From the NCBI GenBank assembly GCA_951406725.2, contig OX597826.1:43834001-43898000 (forward strand): a DNA stretch of 64,000 nt. The letters are read 5' to 3'. Numbering within the stretch: position 1 is the first letter of the stretch; the number at the start of each line of letters is the position of its first letter. A model generated the notes under the pieces. The model worked only from the letters and a program-made list of their open reading frames with translations, ran no database searches and was not told the origin of the DNA. The DNA is from Octopus vulgaris. Taxonomy: Eukaryota. A program made the translations under genes and the position numbers. Shown piece by piece: positions 54,600 through 64,000 of this stretch.

Positions 54600-54604
<5 letters not shown>
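54397..54604. repeat. perfect 101-bp-arm palindrome with decayed hammerhead motif
   Basis: 54397-54497 is the exact reverse complement of 54504-54604; the loop is GCATTT. Confidence 0.95.
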
Positions 54605-54649
<45 letters not shown>

Positions 54650-55402
54650 ACAGGGCACTTTGTTGAAAGCTTTATGACTCGGTCAGTTTGTCACCTCTAG
54701 GAGGCTACAATGACATCACATCATAGATTGTAAGGCGTTATTAAACTAATGTATCTAACGTGCTTGGGAATCCTTGTTGTGTGTTGTTCATGTGTAGAAA
54801 GAGAACTGATTGTTTCTTCCATATAAGTGTGTGCTGGCATTGTTGAAGGGAACGCATTATTAGGCCTCCATTAATAGATGTTTAACGGGTTTCTGTTTAT
54901 GGATGCCGTTGAAGTGTTTAGATTGCATATCATTAAGGAGAGTGAAAAATGATGTTATTCGCATAGGGGAGGGTGAGAGGTTGGCAGTAGCTGCAGGAAG
55001 ATCATAAATTTAATGAAAGGAAAAGTTGGATAAATATAATCGGATCCTGATGGACAGCAAACATGATAATATTTGGTTGGAGAGAGCTTCATCCGCGGAG
55101 ATAGAATTCATTCCAATGAATGCAAGAGAAGATTTAAAGGATTATCAAATGTTATCCAATGCAACACCTTAGATTTGGTCAAGCTCTCACTGGCACTAAT
55201 GCACTGATGTGTGACATAGGAAAACAATTGTCCGCCAGATATGCTCTACAGAAGGCACTCTGGTGTAAAAGAGAAGTCAAGTGATGAAGGATACAGATGC
55301 GTGTGTGGGTTTCTTTAACCTTTGAAATGTTGGTGGTTATCAAGATAGGACGGTATCTCGTACTAAGAAGGTTGTAAGACAATACTCAGCAAAATAAGAA
55401 CA
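54650..55402 (-). pseudogene. degenerate Penelope-like ORF (thumb to GIY-YIG)
   Basis: [11 protein letters not shown]...LADNCFP (cf. CP.RY...L.NN.FP) and HTYMEET..SLST.EQH (cf. YIGET...LSTR..QH). Confidence 0.4.
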
Positions 55403-55415
55403 TATGTGTGTGTAT

Positions 55416-55479
<64 letters not shown>

Positions 55480-55524
55480 GAGAGATAGAGAGATATGTGT
55501 GCGTGTATAAATATATATATATCC

Positions 55525-55555
<31 letters not shown>

Positions 55556-55711
55556 TATACATATATATATGTTTGTATATATAAGTATATATACATATAT
55601 TTATGTATATATATGCATAGATATATGTATATATCTATGTATATATATACATATATATATATAAATATATACATACACACACAGACGTATATATGATACA
55701 ATATATATATT

Positions 55712-55800
<89 letters not shown>

Positions 55801-56703
55801 TTGCATTTGTGTGGCGGTAGTCACTTATCTAATCGATCACAGGAAAGTAAGTCTGCATTGATTTTCCTAACCACTGCCATTCTTTATCAATTGCAGTTCA
55901 TGCCCTAAGTGTTAGAGAAGGCAGGATTTGAACATAGCGTGCAGAAAATTCAGAGCAAGTACTGCGAGGCACAGTGACTATATCTCTAACGACTTCGCCT
56001 TTAAAGTTATTGCTCCTTCTTTTGAAGTGGTGCTCTTTTTTTTTTGATTAGTTCACAAACTGTATTACTGATATTTATTTTACCAATTCCGGGGTAAAGA
56101 ACCAAGTCGGAACCCGTAGACGTTGAACTCATAATCTGGCTGCTTGACATTTTGTTCAGTGGTGTATATATTCTAATAACTGCTTGTCCTTAGTATCATG
56201 CATACACATGCATTTAGGGGAAGAGTGTGAATCGTATGACAATATACATAGACATGTTGTATATAATGGGCACATTCAGGCATAAGCTCATATACAAATA
56301 CATGAATATAAGTATAAAGGTTATTCTATAAACCCGAGGCTATATCTAAAATGTAATACATATGTGAACACAAACACATTCGATTCTCATTTAGAATGGC
56401 TTTCATTTATAAGACTAATGCCCCTGAGAGAGTTTGAAATGTCAGAATATTCTGCACCTTAGAGCTTATAAATATGAACCATCGTGCTTCATGTAGCGAC
56501 AAAGCTATTTACAAACATGCCTGTCTGTATAGGTGTTAGAACATACAAGATAACTCGCTACCATTTGCAGCGCGAAACGTAACGAACAACCAAGCTATTG
56601 AAATACAGGTGTATCTTAAACACCGTTATATTTCATGATAAATACATTTCGCTAAGTAAGTTGATAAGCTTTGCTGCTGAAGCTTATCATATGTGTGTGT
56701 GTG

Positions 56704-56757
<54 letters not shown>

Positions 56758-56759
56758 TG

Positions 56760-56835
<76 letters not shown>

Positions 56836-56959
56836 TTGATTGATAGAAAGATATATAGATAGATAGATAGATAAACCTATTTATAAGTGAAGTAAACATC
56901 AGAGATGCTTTGCCCTACGCAAAAACTTCAGGAAGTTATTCTGAATTTTTGTAAGCTCT

Positions 56960-57900
56960 CCTAAATCCATTGCAATGCAGGAAACTCTTCATGTCATCAG
57001 CAGGTATCTCAGGATCACAGGCGTTTTCCCCCGTAGCCTGTACGCTTCGCTTGAGTGGGGCAGTGAAGATGATGTAGTTTTCACTTACGGAATGATTGTG
57101 GCCGCTCATAAACCATAGTCACCTCGAGCTAGTTTCGGCTGTCATGCCTATCATCTTGATGGCTTTCTTCTGCAGGGCTACCTAGAAAGCTGCGGCAGCC
57201 GATTTCAATGGGGAATAAGGCCATATGACATCCCTTGACAAGGGCCTCGTTGACTAAGTCCTGATATTTCGTTTACTGTACCTCTTGGTAAATATCGAAT
57301 CTGGTCTCCCAGAGCACACGATAATTTTATATTCCTGAAGGGCAAGAACATCTCTGGTCCGAGTGATATTACCACTATCGCCTCTGATAAGACAAGTCTG
57401 CCCTTCAGGTCCCAGTCTGTAGCTAAACGCAAAATAGTAAACGGGTTCCCTGCCATTCCTTCAACTTGGGAGCTCTCTCACCTTCTTTTAACAAGTTCAT
57501 ACTATTTGGTGTTTAATGGCTGGTGTTTATTAGCCTTCACCCTTTGCAGATCAGTCCACTTGGCAATTTCTGCAAGGACTTTATCTTTTCATTCGTCGAA
57601 ATTCCAAAACCCTGAAAGTTGAAGATGCCATTTGTCAGTTTTCCCTTAAGGATATTAAGTTACCAAGATTTCGCTGGGTCGATCTTCAAGCGTGACCATG
57701 TAGCCATGAGCTCAATGTTTGGCGTGACCCTTCGATTGATGGTATTATAACTGTTACATCTTCCATGAACACATAGAAAACTGAAATTCCAACGTTTCCC
57801 TCAGTTTAGGGTCTTCTCAACTGATTCTCTCTTACCTCAAGCAGTAGGCACATGATCGCCACAAACAGCACCACGGCAAATGTGCATCCTAACGTAATGC
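56960..57900 (-). pseudogene. highly degenerate LINE RT C-terminal region
   Basis: DKVLAEIAKWTDLQRVKAN and ALQKKAIKMIG resemble DL..I..W...N.V.FN and IQKKAIRII. Confidence 0.35.
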
Positions 57901-58204
57901 TCTTTCCCAATTGCCGCTATTTTGCCCGGTGAACCTCATCCCCACCGAAACCATATGGAATATAATCAGTCCAACAACATTTGCTGGCAGTTGATAATAC
58001 TCCAATGCACTTTGGAGTACTACCAAGTAGCAAGTACATATATGTATACTACGCGTTTTCGGTTCCCGGTTGAACTATGCCCCTTAACTGTTTACTATCT
58101 TCTATAATTGACACATTTCCATCAAATCTGCAGTATATGCCGTCGTAATATTCCGGTAAATTCAGAAACTGTCATTACCAATATCAGCACGTCCTTATTG
58201 TTCT

Positions 58205-58375
58205 CGTTGTTGTTGTCGTCGTCGTCGTCGTTGTTGTTGTGTTGTTGTTGTTGTTGTTCTTCTTCTTCTTCTTCTTCTTCTTCTTCTTCTTCTTCTTCTT
58301 CTTCTTCTCCTTCTTCTCCTCCCCCTCCTCCCCCTCCTCCTTATGCTGCTGCTGCTGCTACTACTACTACTACTT

Positions 58376-58418
<43 letters not shown>
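58205..58418. repeat. compound trinucleotide microsatellite (TTG/TTC/CTC/CTA)
   Basis: Direct observation. Confidence 0.95.
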
Positions 58419-58419
<1 letters not shown>

Positions 58420-58673
58420 TCGGTCAATTTCTTTTAGTTAATGGCGACGAAACAAGACGTTAGATCTATATTGCACCTTGTCAAATACCTTCTCCTCCGG
58501 GCATCACTAAACTTATGCAAATTGAGAGAACATCTATGCAGTCGACCCCATCTGCTCGACAGCGACACAGAAGACCTTAGTGCTCAGCCACGATACAATA
58601 ACTTCATTTATCATCACACTTCATCTTTTTACTTCTCACCACAATCGACTGACGATAGTTATTGAACTCCCTT

Positions 58674-58690
58674 GTATTTGCTTCGGCAGT

Positions 58691-58730
<40 letters not shown>

Positions 58731-58780
58731 GGCCCCTGCGCAAGGACGACACGCAAATTCGTGAAAAGTTCCATATTTCT
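58674..58780 (+). ncRNA. U6: U6 snRNA full-length retrocopy (probable pseudogene)
   Basis: GTATTTGCTTCGGCAGTACATATACTAAAATTGGAACGATACAGAGAAGATTAGCATGGCCCCTGCGCAAGGACGACACGCAAATTCGTGAAAAGTTCCATATTTCT. ACAGAGA box and AGC triad are intact. There are a few substitutions, no clean T-run terminator, and a TSD flanks the copy. Confidence 0.95.
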
Positions 58781-58782
58781 AA

Positions 58783-59202
58783 AAGACGGTAAGCTGGCAG
58801 AAACGTTAGCACGCCGGGCGAAATGCTTAGCGGTATTTCGTCTGCCGTTACGTTCTGAGCTCAAATTCCGTCGGGGTTGACTTTGCCTTTCATCCTTTCG
58901 GGTTCGATAAATTAAGTACCAGTTACGCACTGGGGTCGATGTAATCGACATAATACCTATGTCTGTCCTTGTTTGTCTGATCTGTGTTTAGCCCCTTTTG
59001 GGTAATAAAGAAATAGGTATTTCGTCTGCCGTTACGTTCTGAGTTCAAATTCCGCCGGGGTTGACTTTGCCTTTCATCCTTTCGGGGTCGATAAACTAAG
59101 TACCAGTTACGCACTGGGGTCGATGTAATAGACTTAGTCCCTTTGTCTGTCCTTGTTTGTCCCCTCTGTGTTTAGCCCCTGGTGAGTAATATTGAAATAA
59201 GA
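58783..59202 (+). mobile_element. Meta-SINE dimer fused to U6
   Basis: Head directly after U6+AAAA; junction GAAATAGGTATTTC at 59010-59023. Confidence 0.9.
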
Positions 59203-59816
59203 TATTGAACTCCCGGAGATTTGAGTGACTGGCATTGAAAACATTTAGTAAATTAAGACGTGAATCGAATGAGTTTTGATTTTCCTTAGTAGTTGATGAA
59301 TGTTGTAGTTTTAGGAGAAAAAATATGATGTTTTTTTTCATTCTAACTTCCTGCTAATATGGCCCATTTATTTAATGCGTGACATTGGTTTTACATTAAT
59401 TTAATGTAATCAGACGTATTATTTCTATTCTCAGTGAATATCTTAAAATACATTTCAGATATACAATTTATGGAGAGGAAAGGAAACTTACAAGTTTCTC
59501 TACTGGAATTTATTGGAATAGAAAATGGGAAAAGGATAAAATTTATATGTATATATAAAGTAATGAGTAATCTGATGGCATAAACAGACGGCAATTTTAG
59601 CTGATACCAACCAACAAAGAATACATACACATATAAAGTTTTGGGAAAATATATTTAATAACAGTTCAGAAATGGCGCAATAAAAGTTAACATTAGTGTG
59701 TGTGTATGTGTGTGTGAGAGAGAGAAAGGGAGGGAGAGAAATAAATAAATAAAGAAAGAAAGAAAGGCTGAAAGAAAGAGAGATACCAAAAAGATATATA
59801 TATATATACGTATATA

Positions 59817-60036
59817 CGAGGTGGTACCGAAAAGTTCCTAGCTTTAACTGTATCGCGAAAGGCCTGGCTGGAGGCGAAATATTCTCAGTTCTTTTCCAGG
59901 GTTTAGAAAAACTGAAGGACGCTGCAATAATTGTGTGGGTCTGAGAGGGGAATATGTTGAATAAAAACTATAATTAACTGATCCTCCTGTATTCTACTTA
60001 ACGCAAAGCCGCGAACTTTTCAGTCCCGCCACAAGT
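59817..60036 (+). mobile_element. internally deleted mariner MITE
   Basis: TA|CGAGGTGGTACCGAAAAGTTCCT left TIR, transposase tail GLEKLK..CVGLRGEYVE*, right TIR GAACTTTTCAG. Confidence 0.75.
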
Positions 60037-60132
60037 ATATATAATTAAAGTTACTTTCTGGAGTCATGGCGATTCATGAGAGCCGGTTTTTCGGTTTTCA
60101 TGGCGTTTATATATTCCCCACCTGGATGGGAC

Positions 60133-60170
<38 letters not shown>

Positions 60171-60206
60171 CATGCATACATACATATATATATATATATA
60201 CATACA

Positions 60207-60283
<77 letters not shown>

Positions 60284-60382
60284 TGTGTGTATATATATGT
60301 ATATATATATATATATATATATTCCATATATGTATATATATATGTATATTATATATATATATATATATATATCCATATATAT

Positions 60383-60436
<54 letters not shown>

Positions 60437-61184
60437 ATATACACACACATATATATATATATGTATATATACACACACACATACATATATATATAAAGAC
60501 AGACAGAGGAAGGGAGAGTGAAATGACTTCTTGACACACCTCCATTCGCTAATAGACTGACTGATATTGCAACCACTTTCGTATCAACGGACTATTATTA
60601 ACCGCTGTATTTACCCCGTTGTTCCTACTTATTTTTAAATAGGTCATTGTTTGCAGCTATCACATCATCCATCTTAGTCCAGCAATTCACATCCATTCTT
60701 GTTTTCGTAAACCCCTGCTTTATCTCACATTCCAAAGGTCGCACCAGCTGTTACTTTGCGAAACCATTTATTTCTGCCTAGAACTGTAATCTGGATCTCC
60801 TACAGATATCAGACTAAAGGAAACTGAAGGTGGAAGAGCCTGCAAAAGTTATACAGAAATATTCATTGTCCTCTTCCTTCTCTACCAACAACAATAACCC
60901 CCATCACCACCACCACCACCACTAAATTCAACAGGCTCGACTCTCCACTTCTTCCACCTCCACCCTTCCTTATTTTAACTCTTTTTCAACTTGTTCAGCG
61001 TCGTCATATCATCATAAAATAAACCAGAACCACGAACATCAGCAGCACCACCAACACCAGCAGCAGTGCCACCATCATCGCCCCTTTCTCCTCCTCCTCC
61101 TCCTCCTCCTCATCATCATCATCATCATCCTTTTCTTCAAAATTATTAACGACATAAACGTTATTATCAAAACTACGGCCCCCC

Positions 61185-61221
<37 letters not shown>

Positions 61222-61669
61222 TTCTTCTTCTTCTTCTTCTTCTTCTTCTTCTTCTTTTTCTTCTTCTTCTCCTTCTTCTTTCTTCCTGCTCCTTTCCTTA
61301 TCCTCCCCTTTCCTCCTTCCTCCTTCTTTCCTACCTCTCGATGCAAAAATACGACTCGATATTATATTAGTTCTATGTCAGACCTTGTAAAAGCACCTTT
61401 CTCTCTAGGTATCAGTAAACATATAAGATTGTCGTGGGAACAAAAAATGCATTCAATTCATCAACTACAAAACGGATCCTGGTGTCCCTGAAATACATCC
61501 ACGCCATCTTGGAAAAAGAGGGACGAATAAGAGAAAGAACTCCTAAATATAATAAAGACTGATTGCTCACGCGGGTAAAGTTTTTGATCGTGGATTTTCT
61601 TGATTAGCACTGATATTGGATTAAGCAACAATAAACAAGCTAAAAAAAAGTAGATATTAAAGTTATTGT

Positions 61670-61832
61670 AGGCGTAGGAGTGGCTGTGTGGTAAGTAGCT
61701 TGCTTACGAACCACATTGTTCCGGGTTCAGTCCCACTGCGTGGCACCTTGGGCTAGTGTCTTCTACTATAGCCTCGGGCAGACCAAAGCCTTGTGAGTGG
61801 ATTTGGTAGACGGAAACTGAAATAAGCCCGTC

Positions 61833-61875
<43 letters not shown>

Positions 61876-62110
61876 AGTGTGTGGGTGTGTATGTATGTTT
61901 GTGTGTCTGTGTTTGTTCCCCACAACATCGCTTGACAACCTATGCTGGTGTGTTTATGTCCCCGTAACTTAGCAGTTCGGTAAAAAGGACCGATAGACTA
62001 AGTACTAAGCTTACAAAGAATAAGTCCTGGGATCGATTTGCTCGACTAAAAGGCGGTGCTCCAGCATGGCCACAGTCAAATGACTGAAACAAGTAAACGA
62101 GTAAGGGTAA
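61670..62110 (+). mobile_element. SINE group B copy
   Basis: Full-length match to 10038-10451. Confidence 0.9.
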
Positions 62111-62162
62111 AAGGAGTATCGCTTGGTGTGCTAGAAATAGCAGACAAATCACATCCTGTGTT

Positions 62163-62590
62163 TTTATCTTTTACTTGTTTCAGTATTTGAACTGCAGCCA
62201 TGCTAAGGTACGGCATTGAAGTGTTTAGTCCAACAATTCGACTCCAATGGATATTTTAATATCTGGTACTTATTTTATCAGCTACATTTGTTGAAACGCC
62301 AACTTACGGGGAGGTAAGAAAAAAATCTTACCGCTTTCAAGCACTGGTGGTGGGGGTGGTGGTGATCGTGGGGATACACAAAGGCAAAGATACACACTCG
62401 CACGCATCCTCATAAACATACACACACATTCATATATTATATGGGACTCCGTACCGTTTTCGTCTGCCAAATTCATTCACGAGATATTGGTCGATCCAGA
62501 GCCTTACCTAAGATGCTGTGCAGTGAAGTTGAACTCCAAATCATATGGTTGCAAAGCGAAAGTGTAACCAAATGGCCATACATAGCTACA
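62163..62590 (-). mobile_element. old SINE group B copy
   Basis: Diverged reverse-complement match. Confidence 0.65.
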
Positions 62591-62764
62591 GTCTTCAGAA
62601 AGGGAGTATAAACCAGGTAATATATTTTTGTTATGTCACATATACTACAAGACGGGGCAATTCTGGTTATAAGCTGGATCGCAGCAAGAGCAAGAGCTAC
62701 GGCAATCTTAAGGGAGGATCTTAGATATAAGAGAGGAACAGTAAAAAATACATTGATAACCGTT

Positions 62765-62929
62765 AGCGTAGGAGTGGCTGTGTGGTAAGTAGCTTGCTTA
62801 CCAACCACATGGCTCTGGGTTCAGTCCCACTGTGTGTCACCTTGGGCAAGTATCTTCTACTATAGCCTCGGGCCGACCAAAGCCTTGTGAGTGGATTTGG
62901 TAGACGGAAACTGGAAGAAGCCCGTCGTA

Positions 62930-62980
<51 letters not shown>

Positions 62981-63183
62981 CTGTGTGTATATGTTTGTCC
63001 CCCCAGCATCGCTCGACAACAGATGCTGGTGTGTTTACGTCCCAGTAACTTAGCAGTTCGGCAAAAGAGACCGATAGAATAAGTACTAGGCTTACAAGGA
63101 GTAAGTCCTGGGTCGATTTGCTCGACTAAATGCGGTGCTCCAGCATGGCCTCAGTCAAATGGCTAAAACAAGTAAAAGAGTAA
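62765..63183 (+). mobile_element. SINE group B copy
   Basis: Full-length match to 10038-10451. Confidence 0.9.
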
Positions 63184-63499
63184 ATATTGAAAGAACATAT
63201 TGAAAGGATTCGACAGAATTGGTTTGGAAACGTATATAAAACATAAACAGTCGAAGTATGTGTACAGAATTTTCCATTTTACAAGGAGATAAAGATGATT
63301 TCTCTTCTGGTATGCACAAGACATACGCACATAATTCTCATATTAACCATAACATAAATTCTAGCCAAAACCTAATCGAATAAATGTTGTAAACCACTAA
63401 AATTCTGACGACGCTATTATTTAACTAAAACCTTGATCAAGATTCAATAAAATGTAAAGACTATATAAAATTACGTTTTGCCAGATGCTTAATGTGAAT

Positions 63500-63790
63500 T
63501 CGTGTGTTGAAATAGATATTGTTATATTTCGGGATGGCAATTTTTAATATTGACCAATAAACACACGCACAATATGCTCATTCTTCACTTTAGCTTTACT
63601 ATTGTTCTTATTTATAGTGTATTTTGTGTGGAATCTTTCGTCACACGTTCTGTAACCTCTTCAGCTACTCTCTATCCTATGTGCCTCCTCTTGTCCTGTT
63701 TACTCTATTCTGTCTTTCTAATATAGTGAGTGTGTTTATTTTGCACACCCCTCTCTACAAAAAATGACCACCCAGAAATATAACATTATA
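63500..63790 (-). mobile_element. Penelope-like remnant with partial inverted repeat and hammerhead core
   Basis: Minus strand has CTGAAGA-g-GTTAC..GTGAC-GAAA at ~63636-63664. Terminal segments are inverted (TGTTATATTTC.GG.TGG / CCACCCAGAAATATAACA). Homologous to 53808-54062. Confidence 0.5.
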
Positions 63791-64000
63791 TAAAACTTCA
63801 CAAAATGTAAAGATAATAGGAGCAATAAACTAGGAGAGTCTGTATGAAAAGTGGAAAGCAACCTACATAATTAGGTGTATATGCAGGGGCAACATCGACA
63901 TTTTAGATAGCATAAAACTACACCAAAACTGGGAATGTACAAGCAGCTACATAAACATCACAGTGTTTATGTAAGTAAACACAGACATTCATCATCAGCT

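Noticed and set aside
58674-58780. Functional U6 gene
   Set aside because: Flanked by a TSD and fused to a SINE. The 3' end is TTTCT rather than a T-run, and no upstream TATA at about -30 is evident.

Overview
AT-rich, microsatellite-saturated metazoan non-coding DNA (intergenic or intronic). The repeat repertoire strongly suggests an octopus genome, but this is inferred from pattern recognition and no database was searched. No intact host protein-coding gene is supported, and almost all ORFs in the track are microsatellite artefacts. The window is a transposon graveyard. It holds three tRNA-derived SINE groups (many copies), a CR1-type LINE 3' part, at least five TAA-targeted Dong/R4-like fragments, an RTE-derived non-autonomous element, Tc1, mariner and maT remnants, two non-autonomous Helitrons, Penelope-like remnants and a full-length U6 snRNA retrocopy. 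Highlights: (1) a Meta-domain SINE forms head-to-tail multimers always joined at the same GAAATAGGTATTTC junction, consistent with self-targeted insertion; (2) a U6 + SINE-dimer cassette is bounded by one 12-bp TSD; (3) about a dozen minimal hammerhead-ribozyme motifs occur in several families, two of them inside long near-perfect DNA palindromes; (4) a SINE and a LINE share a 3' stem-loop with compensatory changes; (5) a fold-back element is built from two transposase 3' ends. All coordinates were read by eye and may be off by a few bases.
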